Part shown: piece after piece, positions 1 to 13,667 of the stretch
Position numbering within the stretch: position 1 is the first letter of the stretch
Layout of the letters: the number at the start of each line of letters is the position of its first letter
Source: Macrostomum lignano
Taxonomy: Eukaryota
Assembly (NCBI GenBank): GCA_002269645.1
Contig: NIVC01001805.1
Span: forward strand, 62,001 to 126,000
Reading direction: 5' to 3'
Length of the DNA: 64,000 nt
The notes under the pieces: model-generated
Database searches by the model: none
What the model was told of the DNA's origin: nothing
What the model saw: the letters and a program-made list of their open reading frames with translations, nothing else
Translations under genes and position numbers: made by a program

Positions 1-3000
1 GGAGTCGAATCCCAATCACTGACATTCTTGAGCCTCCCAGGTGTCAAATCCAATCACTGACATTCTTGAGCTCCCAGGTGTCGAATCCCAATCACTGACA
101 TTCTTGAGCTCTCCAGCAGGAGTCGAATCCCAATCACTGACATTCTTGAGCTCTCCCAGGTGTCGAATCCCAATCACTGACATTCTTGAGCTCTCCCAGG
201 TGTCGAATCCCAATCACTGACATTCTTGAGCTCTCCCAGCAGGAGTCGAATCCCAATCACTGACATTCTTGAGCTCTCCCAGCAGGAGTCGAATCCCAAT
301 CACTGACATTCTTGAGCTCTCCCAGGTGTCGAATCCCAATCACTGACATTCTTGAGCTCTCGCAGGTGTCGAATCCCAATCACTGACATTCTTGAGCTCT
401 CCCAGCAGGAGTCGAATCCCAATCACTGACATTCTTGAGCTCTCCCAGGTGTCGAATCCCAATCACTGACATTCTTGAGCTCTCCCAGGTGTCGAATCCC
501 AATCACTGACATTCTTGAGCTCTCCCAGCAGGAGTCGAATCCCAATCACTGACATTCTTGAGCTCTCCCAGCAGGAGTCGAATCCCAATCACTGACATTC
601 TTGAGCCTCCCAGGTGTCGAATCCCAATCACTGACATTCTTGAGCTCTCCAGGTGTCGAATCCCAATCACTGACATTCTTGAGCTCTCCCAGGTGTCAAT
701 CCAATCACTGACATTCTTGAGCCTCCCAGGTGTCAAATCTCAATCACTGACATTCTTGAGCTCTCCCAGCAGGAGTCGAATCCCAATCACTGACATTCTT
801 GAGCTCTCCCAGGGTCGAATCCAATCACTGACATTCTTGAGCCTCCCAGGTGTCAAATCCAATCACTGACATTCTTGAGCTCTCCAGCAGGAGTCGAATC
901 CCAATCACTGACATTCTTGAGCTCTCCCAGCAGGAGTCGAATCCCAATCACTGACATTCTTGAGCTCTCCCAGGTGTCAATCCAATCACTGACATTCTTG
1001 AGCTCTCCCAGGTGTCGAATCCAATCACTGACATTCTTGAGCTCTCCCAGCAGGTCGAATCCCAATCACTGACATTCTTGAGCTCTCCCAGCAGGAGTCG
1101 AATCCCAATCACTGACATTCTTGAGCTCTCCAGCAGGTGTCGAATCCCAATCACTGACATTCTTGAGCTCTCCCAGGTGTCGAATCCAATCACTGACATT
1201 CTTGAGCTCCCAGGTGTCGAATCCAATCACTGACATTCTTGAGCTCTCCCAGCAGGAGTCGAATCCCAATCACTGACATTCTTGAGCTCTCCCAGGTGTC
1301 GAATCCCAATCACTGACATTCTTGAGCTCTCCCAGGTGTCGAATCCAATCACTGACATTCTTGAGCTCTCCCAGCAGGAGTCGAATCCCAATCACTGACA
1401 TTCTTGAGCTCTCCCAGCAGGAGTCGAATCCCAATCACTGACATTCTTGAGCTCTCCCAGGTGTCGAATCCCAATCACTGACATTCTTGAGCTCTCCCAG
1501 CAGTGTCGAATCCCAATCACTGACATTCTTGAGCTCTCCCAGCAGGAGTCGAATCCCAATCACTGACATTCTTGAGCTCTCCCAGGTGTCGAATCCCAAT
1601 CACTGACATTCTTGAGCTCTCCCAGGTGTCGAATCCCAATCACTGACATTCTTGAGCTCTCCCAGCAGGAGTCGAATCCCAATCACTGACATTCTTGAGC
1701 TCTCCCAGGTGTCGAATCCCAATCACTGACATTCTTGAGCTCTCCCAGGTGTCGAATCCCAATCACTGACATTCTTGAGCTCTCCCAGCAGGAGTCGAAT
1801 CCCAATCACTGACATTCTTGAGCTCTCCCAGGTGTCGAATCCAATCACTGACATTCTTGAGCTCCCAGGTGTCAATCTCAATCACTGACATTCTTGAGCT
1901 CTCCCAGGAGTCGAATCCCAATCACTGACATTCTTGAGCTCTCCCAGCAGGAGTCGAATCCCAATCACTGACATTCTTGAGCTCTCCCAGGTGTCGAATC
2001 CAATCACTGACATTCTTGAGCTCTCCCAGGTGTCGAATCCCAATCACTGACATTCTTGAGCTCTCCAGCAGGAGTCGAATCCCAATCACTGACATTCTTG
2101 AGCTCTCCCAGCAGGAGTCGAATCCCAATCACTGACATTCTTGAGCTCTCCCAGGTGTCGAATCCCAATCACTGACATTCTTGAGCTCTCCCAGCAGGAG
2201 TCGAATCCCAATCACTGACATTCTTGAGCTCTCCCAGGTGTCGAATCCCAATCACTGACATTCTTGAGCTCTCCCAGCAGGTCGAATCCCAATCACTGAC
2301 ATTCTTGAGCTCTCCCAGCAGGAGTCGAATCCCAATCACTGACATTCTTGAGCTCTCCCAGGTGTCGAATCCCAATCACTGACATTCTTGAGCTCTCCCA
2401 GGTGTCGAATCCCAATCACTGACATTCTTGAGCTCTCCCAGCAGGAGTCGAATCCCAATCACTGACATTCTTGAGCTCTCCCAGGTGTCGAATCCCAATC
2501 ACTGACATTCTTGAGCTCTCCCAGGTGTCGAATCCCAATCACTGACATTCTTGAGCTCTCCAGCAGGAGTCGAATCCCAATCACTGACATTCTTGAGCTC
2601 TCCCAGCAGGAGTCGAATCCCAATCACTGACATTCTTGAGCTCTCCCAGGTGTCGAATCCCAATCACTGACATTCTTGAGCTCTCCAGCAGGAGTCGAAT
2701 CCCAATCACTGACATTCTTGAGCTCTCCAGCAGGAGTCGAATCCCAATCACTGACATTCTTGAGCTCTCCCAGGTGTCGAATCCCAATCACTGACATTCT
2801 TGAGCTCTCCCAGGTGTCGAATCCCAATCACTGACATTCTTGAGCTCTCCCAGCAGGAGTCGAATCCCAATCACTGACATTCTTGAGCTCTCCCAGGTGT
2901 CGAATCCAATCACTGACATTCTTGAGCTCTCCAGGTGTCGAATCCCAATCACTGACATTCTTGAGCTCTCCCAGCAGGAGTCGAATCCCAATCACTGACA

Positions 3001-6000
3001 TTCTTGAGCTCTCCCAGGTGTCGAATCCAATCACTGACATTCTTGAGCCTCCCAGGTGTCGAATCCAATCACTGACATTCTTGAGCTCTCCAGCAGGAGT
3101 CGAATCCCAATCACTGACATTCTTGAGCTCTCCCAGCAGGAGTCGAATCCCAATCACTGACATTCTTGAGCTCTCCCAGGTGTCGAATCCCAATCACTGA
3201 CATTCTTGAGCTCTCCCAGGTGTCGAATCCCAATCACTGACATTCTTGAGCTCTCCCAGCAGGAGTCGAATCCCAATCACTGACATTCTTGAGCTCTCCC
3301 AGCAGGAGTCGAATCCCAATCACTGACATTCTTGAGCTCTCCCAGGTGTCGAATCCCAATCACTGACATTCTTGAGCTCTCCCAGCAGGAGTCGAATCCC
3401 AATCACTGACATTCTTGAGCTCTCCCAGGTGTCGAATCCCAATCACTGACATTCTTGAGCTCTCCCAGCAGGAGTCGAATCCCAATCACTGACATTCTTG
3501 AGCTCTCCAGCAGGAGTCGAATCCCAATCACTGACATTCTTGAGCTCTCCCAGCAGGAGTCGAATCCCAATCACTGACATTCTTGAGCTCTCCCAGGTGT
3601 CGAATCCCAATCACTGACATTCTTGAGCTCTCCCAGGTGTCGAATCCCAATCACTGACATTCTTGAGCTCTCCCAGCAGGAGTCGAATCCCAATCACTGA
3701 CATTCTTGAGCTCTCCCAGCAGGAGTCGAATCCCAATCACTGACATTCTTGAGCTCTCCCAGGTGTCGAATCCCAATCACTGACATTCTTGAGCTCTCCC
3801 AGGTGTCGAATCCCAATCACTGACATTCTTGAGCTCTCCCAGCAGGAGTCGAATCCCAATCACTGACATTCTTGAGCTCTCCCAGCAGGTCGAATCCCAA
3901 TCACTGACATTCTTGAGCTCTCCAGGTGTCGAATCCCAATCACTGACATTCTTGAGCTCTCGCAGGTGTCGAATCCCAATCACTGACATTCTTGAGATCT
4001 CGCAGGTGTCGAATCCCAATCACTGACATTCTTGAGATCTCGCAGGTGTCGAATCCCAATCACTGACATTCTTGAGCTCTCCCAGGTGTCGAATCCCAAT
4101 CACTGACATTCTTGAGCTCTCCCAGCAGGAGTCGAATCCCAATCACTGACATTCTTGAGCTCTCCAGCAGGAGTCGAATCCCAATCACTGACATTCTTGA
4201 GCTCTCCCAGGTGTCGAATCCCAATCACTGACATTCTTGAGCTCTCCAGCAGGAGTCGAATCCCAATCACTGACATTCTTGAGCTCTCCCAGGTGTCGAA
4301 TCCCAATCACTGACATTCTTGAGCTCTCCCAGGAGTCGAATCCCAATCACTGACATTCTTGAGCTCTCCCAGCAGGAGTCGAATCCCAATCACTGACATT
4401 CTTGAGCTCTCCCAGGTGTCGAATCCCAATCACTGACATTCTTGAGCTCTCCCAGCAGGAGTCGAATCCCAATCACTGACATTCTTGAGCTCTCCCAGCA
4501 GGAGTCGAATCCCAATCACTGACATTCTTGAGCTCTCCCAGGTGTCGAATCCCAATCACTGACATTCTTGAGCTCTCCCAGGTGTCGAATCCCAATCACT
4601 GACATTCTTGAGCTCTCCCAGCAGGAGTCGAATCCCAATCACTGACATTCTTGAGCTCTCCCAGGTGTCGAATCCCAATCACTGACATTCTTGAGCTCTC
4701 CAGCAGGAGTCGAATCCCAATCACTGACATTCTTGAGCTCTCCCAGGTGTCGAATCCCAATCACTGACATTCTTGAGCTCTCCCAGCAGGAGTCGAATCC
4801 CAATCACTGACATTCTTGAGCTCTCCCAGGTGTCGAATCCCAATCACTGACATTCTTGAGCTCTCCCAGGTGTCGAATCCCAATCACTGACATTCTTGAG
4901 CTCTCCCAGGTGTCGAATCCAATCACTGACATTCTTGAGCTCTCCCAGGTGTCGAATCCAATCACTGACATTCTTGAGCTCTCCCAGCAGGAGTCGAATC
5001 CCAATCACTGACATTCTTGAGCTCTCCCAGGTGTCGAATCCAATCACTGACATTCTTGAGCCTCCCAGGTGTCAAATCTCAATCACTGACATTCTTGAGC
5101 TCTCCAGCAGGAGTCGAATCCCAATCACTGACATTCTTGAGCTCTCCCAGCAGGAGTCGAATCCCAATCACTGACATTCTTGAGCTCTCCCAGGTGTCGA
5201 ATCCCAATCACTGACATTCTTGAGCTCTCCCAGGTGTCGAATCCCAATCACTGACATTCTTGAGCTCTCCCAGCAGGAGTCGAATCCCAATCACTGACAT
5301 TCTTGAGCTCTCCCAGCAGGAGTCGAATCCCAATCACTGACATTCTTGAGCTCTCCCAGGTGTCGAATCCCAATCACTGACATTCTTGAGCTCTCCAGCA
5401 GGAGTCGAATCCCAATCACTGACATTCTTGAGCTCTCCCAGGTGTCGAATCCCAATCACTGACATTCTTGAGCTCTCCCAGCAGGTCGAATCCCAATCAC
5501 TGACATTCTTGAGCTCTCCCAGGGTCGAATCCCAATCACTGACATTCTTGAGCTCTCCCAGCAGGAGTCGAATCCCAATCACTGACATTCTTGAGCTCCC
5601 AGCAGGTGTCGAATCCCAATCACTGACATTCTTGAGCTCTCCCAGCAGGAGTCGAATCCCAATCACTGACATTCTTGAGCTCTCCCAGGTGTCGAATCCA
5701 ATCACTGACATTCTTGAGCTCTCCCAGGTGTCGAATCCAATCACTGACATTCTTGAGCTCTCCCAGGGTCGAATCCCAATCACTGACATTCTTGAGCTCT
5801 CCCAGCAGGAGTCGAATCCCAATCACTGACATTCTTGAGCCTCCCAGGTGTCAATCCAATCACTGACATTCTTGAGCTCCCAGGTGTCAATCCAATCACT
5901 GACATTCTTGAGCTCCCAGGTGTCAAATCCAATCACTGACATTCTTGAGCTCTCCCAGCAGGAGTCGAATCCCAATCACTGACATTCTTGAGCTCTCCAG

Positions 6001-9000
6001 CAGGAGTCGAATCCCAATCACTGACATTCTTGAGCCTCCCAGGTGTCGAATCCAATCACTGACATTCTTGAGCTCCCAGGTGTCGAATCCCAATCACTGA
6101 CATTCTTGAGCTCTCCCAGCAGGAGTCGAATCCCAATCACTGACATTCTTGAGCTCTCCCAGGTGTCGAATCCCAATCACTGACATTCTTGAGCTCTCCC
6201 AGGTGTCGAATCCCAATCACTGACATTCTTGAGCTCTCCCAGCAGGAGTCGAATCCCAATCACTGACATTCTTGAGCTCTCCCAGCAGGAGTCGAATCCC
6301 AATCACTGACATTCTTGAGATCTCCCAGGTGTCGAATCCCAATCACTGACATTCTTGAGATCTCGCAGGTGTCGAATCCCAATCACTGACATTCTTGAGC
6401 TCTCCCAGCAGGAGTCGAATCCCAATCACTGACATTCTTGAGCTCTCCCAGGTGTCGAATCCCAATCACTGACATTCTTGAGCTCTCCCAGGTGTCGAAT
6501 CCCAATCACTGACATTCTTGAGCTCTCCCAGCAGGAGTCGAATCCCAATCACTGACATTCTTGAGCTCTCCCAGCAGGAGTCGAATCCCAATCACTGACA
6601 TTCTTGAGCTCTCCCAGGTGTCGAATCCCAATCACTGACATTCTTGAGCTCTCCCAGGTGTCGAATCCCAATCACTGACATTCTTGAGCTCTCCCAGGTG
6701 TCAAATCCCAATCACTGACATTCTTGAGCCTCCCAGGTGTCAAATCCAATCACTGACATTCTTGAGCTCTCCCAGCAGGAGTCGAATCCCAATCACTGAC
6801 ATTCTTGAGCTCTCCCAGGGTCGAATCCCAATCACTGACATTCTTGAGCTCTCCCAGGTGTCGAATCCCAATCACTGACATTCTTGAGCTCTCCCAGGTG
6901 TCGAATCCCAATCACTGACATTCTTGAGCTCTCCCAGGGTCGAATCCCAATCACTGACATTCTTGAGCTCTCCCAGCAGGAGTCGAATCCCAATCACTGA
7001 CATTCTTGAGCTCTCCCAGGTGTCGAATCCCAATCACTGACATTCTTGAGCTCTCCCAGCAGGAGTCGAATCCCAATCACTGACATTCTTGAGCTCTCCC
7101 AGGTGTCGAATCCCAATCACTGACATTCTTGAGCTCTCCCAGGGAGTCGAATCCCAATCACTGACATTCTTGAGCTCTCCCAGCAGGAGTCGAATCCCAA
7201 TCACTGACATTCTTGAGCTCTCCCAGCAGGAGTCGAATCCCAATCACTGACATTCTTGAGCTCTCCCAGGTGTCGAATCCAATCACTGACATTCTTGAGC
7301 TCCCAGGTGTCAAATCCCAATCACTGACATTCTTGAGCTCTCCCAGCAGGAGTCGAATCCCAATCACTGACATTCTTGAGCTCTCCCAGGTGTCGAATCC
7401 CAATCACTGACATTCTTGAGCTCTCCCAGGTGTCGAATCCCAATCACTGACATTCTTGAGCTCTCCCAGCAGGAGTCGAATCCCAATCACTGACATTCTT
7501 GAGCTCTCCCAGGTGTCGAATCCCAATCACTGACATTCTTGAGCTCTCCCAGCAGGAGTCGAATCCCAATCACTGACATTCTTGAGATCTCGCAGGTGTC
7601 GAATCCCAATCACTGACATTCTTGAGATCTCCCAGGTGTCGAATCCCAATCACTGACATTCTTGAGCTCTCCCAGCAGGAGTCGAATCCCAATCACTGAC
7701 ATTCTTGAGCTCTCCCAGGTGTCGAATCCCAATCACTGACATTCTTGAGCTCTCCCAGGTGTCGAATCCAATCACTGACATTCTTGAGCTCTCCCAGCAG
7801 GTCGAATCCCAATCACTGACATTCTTGAGCTCTCCCAGCAGGAGTCGAATCCCAATCACTGACATTCTTGAGCTCTCCCAGGTGTCGAATCCCAATCACT
7901 GACATTCTTGAGCTCCCAGGTGTCAAATCCCAATCACTGACATTCTTGAGCTCTCCCAGCAGGAGTCGAATCCCAATCACTGACATTCTTGAGCTCTCCC
8001 AGGTGTCGAATCCCAATCACTGACATTCTTGAGATCTCCAGGTGTCGAATCCCAATCACTGACATTCTTGAGCTCTCGCAGGTGTCGAATCCCAATCACT
8101 GACATTCTTGAGCTCTCCCAGGTGTCGAATCCCAATCACTGACATTCTTGAGCTCTCCAGGTGTCGAATCCCAATCACTGACATTCTTGAGCTCTCCCAG
8201 GTGTCGAATCCCAATCACTGACATTCTTGAGCTCTCCCAGCAGGAGTCGAATCCCAATCACTGACATTCTTGAGCTCTCCCAGCAGGAGTCGAATCCCAA
8301 TCACTGACATTCTTGAGATCTCGCAGGTGTCGAATCCCAATCACTGACATTCTTGAGATCTCGCAGGTGTCGAATCCCAATCACTGACATTCTTGAGATC
8401 TCGCAGGTGTCGAATCCCAATCACTGACATTCTTGAGATCTCCGCAGGTGTCGAATCCCAATCACTGACATTCTTGAGATCTCGCAGGTGTCGAATCCCA
8501 ATCACTGACATTCTTGAGATCCGCAGGTGTCGAATCCCAATCACTGACATTCTTGAGATCTCGCAGGTGTCGAATCCCAATCACTGACATTCTTGAGATC
8601 TCGCAGGTGTCGAATCCCAATCACTGACATTCTTGAGATCTCGCAGGTGTCGAATCCCAATCACTGACATTCTTGAGATCTCGCAGGTGTCGAATCCCAA
8701 TCACTGACATTCTTGAGATCTCGCAGGTGTCGAATCCCAATCACTGACATTCTTGAGATCTCCCAGGTGTCGAATCCCAATCACTGACATTCTTGAGATC
8801 TCCCAGGTGTCGAATCCCAATCACTGACATTCTTGAGATCTCGCAGGTGTCGAATCCCAATCACTGACATTCTTGAGCTCTCCAGGTGTCGAATCCCAAT
8901 CACTGACATTCTTGAGATCTCGCAGGTGTCGAATCCCAATCACTGACATTCTTGAGATCTCGCAGGTGTCGAATCCCAATCACTGACATTCTTGAGATCT

Positions 9001-10504
9001 CGCAGGTGTCGAATCCCAATCACTGACATTCTTGAGATCTCGCAGGTGTCGAATCCCAATCACTGACATTCTTGAGATCTCGCAGGTGTCGAATCCCAAT
9101 CACTGACATTCTTGAGATCTCGCAGGTGTCGAATCCCAATCACTGACATTCTTGAGATCTCGCAGGTGTCGAATCCCAATCACTGACATTCTTGAGCTCT
9201 CCAGGTGTCGAATCCCAATCACTGACATTCTTGAGATCTCGCAGGTGTCGAATCCCAATCACTGACATTCTTGAGCTCTCCCAGGTGTCGAATCCCAATC
9301 ACTGACATTCTTGAGCTCTCCCAGGTGTCGAATCCCAATCACTGACATTCTTGAGCTCTCCCAGGTGTCGAATCCCAATCACTGACATTCTTGAGATCTC
9401 GCAGGTGTCGAATCCCAATCACTGACATTCTTGAGATCTCGCAGGTGTCGAATCCCAATCACTGACATTCTTGAGATCCCGAAGGTGTCGAATCCCAATC
9501 ACTGACATTCTTGAGATCTCCCAGGTGTCGAATCCCAATCACTGACATTCTTGAGCTCTCCCAGGTGTCGAATCCCAATCACTGACATTCTTGAGATCTC
9601 GCAGGTGTCGAATCCCAATCACTGACATTCTTGAGATCTCCCAGGTGTCGAATCCCAATCACTGACATTCTTGAGATCTCGCAGGTGTCGAATCCCAATC
9701 ACTGACATTCTTGAGATCTCGCAGGTGTCGAATCCCAATCACTGACATTCTTGAGATCTCGCAGGTGTCGAATCCCAATCACTGACATTCTTGAGATCTC
9801 GCAGGTGTCGAATCCCAATCCCAATCACTGACATTCTTGAGATCTCGCAGGTGTCGAATCCCAATCACTGACATTCTTGAGATCTCGCAGGTGTCGAATC
9901 CCAATCACTGACATTCTTGAGATCTCGCAGGTGTCGAATCCCAATCACTGACATTCTTGAGATCTCGCAGGTGTCGAATCCCAATCACTGACATTCTTGA
10001 GATCTCGCAGGTGTCGAATCCCAATCACTGACATTCTTGAGATCCCGCAGGTGTCGAATCCCAATCACTGACATTCTTGAGCTCTCCCAGGTGTCGAATC
10101 CCAATCACTGACATTCTTGAGATCTCGCAGGTGTCGAATCCCAATCACTGACATTCTTGAGATCTCGCAGGTGTCGAATCCCAATCACTGACATTCTTGA
10201 GCTCTCCCAGGTGTCGAATCCCAATCACTGACATTCTTGAGATCTCGCAGGTGTCGAATCCCAATCACTGACATTCTTGAGCTCTCCCAGGTGTCGAATC
10301 CCAATCACTGACATTCTTGAGCTCTCCCAGGTGTCGAATCCCAATCACTGACATTCTTGAGATCTCGCAGGTGTCGAATCCCAATCACTGACATTCTTGA
10401 GATCTCGCAGGTGTCGAATTCCAATCACTGACATTCTTGAGATCTCGCAGGTGTCGAATTCCAATCACTGACATTCTTGAGATCCCGCAGGTGTCGAATC
10501 CCAA
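1..10504. repeat. Tandem satellite array, 40-43-bp unit GTCGAATCCCAATCACTGACATTCTTGAGCTCTCCCAG(GT/CAGGA), roughly 250 copies, running off the left edge
   Basis: Directly visible head-to-tail units; a GAGATCTCGCAGGT variant dominates after ~8300; degenerate terminal unit at ~10490-10515. ORFs listed here are repeat translations. Confidence 0.98.
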
Positions 10505-11182
10505 AAGTGACTTCTACTAAAGCAGGTTTAATCTTTGGAACAATTGGTTTCAGAAAATCTTTGGCAGCCAACAGTTGGTGCGCTCAAAGCAGTCAGAGTA
10601 CCGAAATTACAAAATGATGAAAAAATAAAACAAACAGCAATGTTGCTTATTTTGGCATTGACTGAATATTCGATATGTCCGCTCTATAGAAAACTCACAA
10701 AATCGAGAGCAATGAAGAGACGCGCTGTGTATTCCGGTATGACACGAAATTGGCTGAATTTATAGCCAAAGTCTGGATAACAACACGAGATTAAAAGGAT
10801 TTGACTTGACGTATAACTACGCTCGTAGTAAAAGCCAGCAACTTGTGCCAGAAAACGCGATTGAAGAGGAAAATAAACTCAAATACACTTTCAGAGGTCA
10901 GAGCCGATAATTCGGTGACGCCGCGGGAGCGAAGGGGCAGCACAACTCAGTAGACACTGTACCGTATGAATGTACAAGCCGTGGGAGCTGAGTAACTGGA
11001 TCAGGGACTACTAAATACTGACAGTCCCTGAACTGGATATGATTGGATCGGGGACGTTGCTTGACAATAAAAGCCAGCACATGCACATGTTGTCATACTG
11101 TATAATGCAAGCTTTCATGAAGAAAAATTAACGGAACAAATAATGGTTTCCGAATAGCAAAAAGCTATATATCTGGCTAAAG

Positions 11183-11221
11183 ATCTATCTATCTATCTAT
11201 CTATCTGACTAAAGATCTATC

Positions 11222-11278
<57 letters not shown>

Positions 11279-11326
11279 GTCTATCTATCTATCTGTCTAT
11301 CTATCTATCTATATATCTGGCTAAAG

Positions 11327-11386
<60 letters not shown>

Positions 11387-11470
11387 GTCTATCTATCTAT
11401 CTATCTATCTATCTATCCATCTATCTGGCTAAAGATCTATCTATCTATCTATCTGTCTATCTATCTATCT
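11183..11470. repeat. (CTAT)n microsatellite interrupted by CTGGCTAAAGAT
   Basis: Direct observation. Confidence 0.95.
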
Positions 11471-11532
11471 ACAACGCCAACAAGAGCACAACAGTCTTAA
11501 TCAATCGGTTCCACAACGAAGCAACCAAGCCT

Positions 11533-12246
11533 TCAGTCTCTGGCGCCCTGGATAATAGCCAGGATGAAGAGGAACAGGTTGATAATATCCAGGTACAGGT
11601 TGAGCGCGGCAAAGATGTACTCCTCGGGCGACAGTGCATACTTGTGCTTGCCGCCCAGCATCAGCTGGGTGTCCACCACCAGGTAGACGCTGAACAGCAG
11701 GGCTCCCAGGCAGGAGTAGGCCAGGGTGGCGAAGCGGGACTGGATGATGGCGCACAGGAAGCCGAACAGGAGCAGCACGATGAGCAGCACAAACAGGATG
11801 CCGCTGAGCATGGTGAAGTCGATCTTGGTCTGCAGGGCGAATATCGTCAGGGCCAGCACGACGAAGGCGGTGACGCCGACCGCGATGAAGACGGCATCGG
11901 TGTCGAAGTGCGAGGAGATGCTGCCCAGCATGTAGCTCTCGCACAGGGTGAACACCAGCAGCAGCACCAGGTTGACCGGGAAGGCCCGCCTGGCGTTCTC
12001 GCAGCAAGCCAGCACCACCAGCAGCACCAGGGTGGCGACCAGGGCCACGATGTACAGCCAGGGATGGTGCTTGGAGTACTCCTTCACCGGCTCGCAGAAC
12101 ACGAATAGTGCGACAAAGCCCAGGGTGATGCCGAGCTGCAGGCTGAGCAGGCCGTACACCTTGCGGACGAAGCCTTTGCGCACGGACTCCTCGGAGAACT
12201 CCATGTTGTTGATGAAACCGTCCGACTCGTAGTCGTATGAGGACAT
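11533..12246 (-). CDS. Lifeguard / TMBIM (Bax inhibitor-1 superfamily, GRINA/FAIM2-like) membrane protein, 237 aa, intronless CDS
   Basis: Motifs RKGFVRKVYGLLSLQL, RRAFPVNLVLL, FALQTKIDFT, YLVVDTQLMLGG and LSPEEYIFAALNLYLDIINLF typical of the LFG subfamily; multiple hydrophobic helices. Exact vertebrate orthologue not resolvable. Confidence 0.93.
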   Translation of the reverse strand: MSSYDYESDGFINNMEFSEESVRKGFVRKVYGLLSLQLGITLGFVALFVFCEPVKEYSKHHPWLYIVALVATLVLLVVLACCENARRAFPVNLVLLLVFTLCESYMLGSISSHFDTDAVFIAVGVTAFVVLALTIFALQTKIDFTMLSGILFVLLIVLLLFGFLCAIIQSRFATLAYSCLGALLFSVYLVVDTQLMLGGKHKYALSPEEYIFAALNLYLDIINLFLFILAIIQGARD

Positions 12247-12304
12247 TGTGCAGCTGGCTGTGGGGTCGGTTGGCGCCTAATTATTGCCTAATATAGTCTG
12301 CGCC

Positions 12305-13020
12305 TAGGCTAACTAATAGCTAATTCAGCTGCGCATGGGCTAACCGATACCTAATGAAGTTGCACCTGTGCTAACTAATAGCTAATTCAGCTGCGCATGG
12401 GCTAACCGATACCTAATGAAGTTGCACCTGTGCTAACTAATAGCTAATTCAGCTGCGCATGGGCTAACCGATACCTAATGAAGTTGCACCTGTGCTAACT
12501 AATAGCTAATTCAGCTGCGCATGGGCTAACCGATACCTAATGAAGTTGCACCTGTGCTAACTAATAGCTAATTCAGCTGCGCATGAGCTAACCGATACCT
12601 AATGAAGTTGCACCTGTGCTAACTAATAGCTAATTCAGCTGCGCATGGGCTAACCGATACCTAATGAAGTTGCACCTGTGCTAACTAATACCTAATGCAG
12701 TTGCAACTGAGCCAGCTAATACCTAATGCAGTTGCAACTGAGCCAGCTAATATCTAATGCGGTTGCAGCTGAGCCAGCTAATACCTAACACAGTTGCACC
12801 TGAGCCAGCTAATACCTAATGCAGTTGCACCTGAGCCAGCTAATACCTAATGCAGTTACACCTGAGCCAGCTAATACCTAATGCAGTTGCAACTGAGCCA
12901 GCTAATATCTAATGCGGTTGCAGCTGAGCCAGCTAATACCTAATGCAGTTGCACCTGAGCCAGCTAATACCTAATGCTGCTGCACATGGACTCATGGATG
13001 CCTAATAAGTTGCGCCTGAG
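12305..13020. repeat. Minisatellite: 62-bp units (12309-12690) grading into related 31-bp units (12690-13020)
   Basis: Period 62 measured (12309 to 12371); 31-mer CTAATACCTAATGCAGTTGCACCTGAGCCAG downstream. Confidence 0.9.
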
Positions 13021-13667
13021 CTAATTCATGCTTAATGAAATTTCACCTCAGCAGATAGAGTTTGCCTCAGAAAATAGCAGCAAAAATAACATAACAGAGG
13101 AGCAGTTTGAACCCTTGGTAAGCCAGCCACGAGACTGCAGTTCGACCCAGTCCAGTCAAGCTTAGCACCTGCTTCATTTATTTTAACCTCGTGCAAATTC
13201 ATTGTATACCACTCAGTTACTCATTCTATATATTATTTTGCTAATAATCAAAAGATAGACGAAATCGGGAAGGCAGGCAGCTTCTCAGTCCATTGAGTTA
13301 AGAGTTAATTTACTGCCTATAGTACTAGTAAGAAAAGTAGTGCTACATGAACTTTCTGGGAAAATGTACTTATATCTAAGCTAAATAAGCGCAGAAGTAA
13401 ATAAACAAACGGAACTCCAGCTAGAGGGATGAATAAAAAATGTTGCAAAACGCGCGCTCAGGGCTGACACTCGAAGAGAACTAACTAATACACAGTAAGC
13501 AGTAACTAAACCTACCGATTCTAGATAAAAACTTAAAATTGCTTCAGTAGAGTTGGACCGAGAGCAGTGCTAAATACATTGATAACCCAGTTGTCAGTCA
13601 GTAAATAACTATAAATATTCTAATATTATCCATCGGCAGTCGCAGATCTGAACTTCATCCCGGGCGA

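Noticed and set aside
16-8587. Many 60-160-aa ORFs in the satellite
   Set aside because: Translations of the tandem unit with frame changes at homopolymer indels; no coding signature
1-10504. CRISPR array
   Set aside because: No unique spacers, only two or three recurring linker variants; no cas genes; eukaryotic context
1-10504. Satellite unit as tRNA-Leu derivative (TCGAATCCCA...CTGACA resembles a tRNA-Leu 3' end)
   Set aside because: T-stem cannot pair, no A box or cloverleaf, match too short to separate from chance
11644-12232. Plus-strand ORFs over Lifeguard (likewise antisense ORFs over MDH2, NAA35, KIF4 and the retrotransposon)
   Set aside because: Shadow frames produced by high GC3 codon usage on the coding strand
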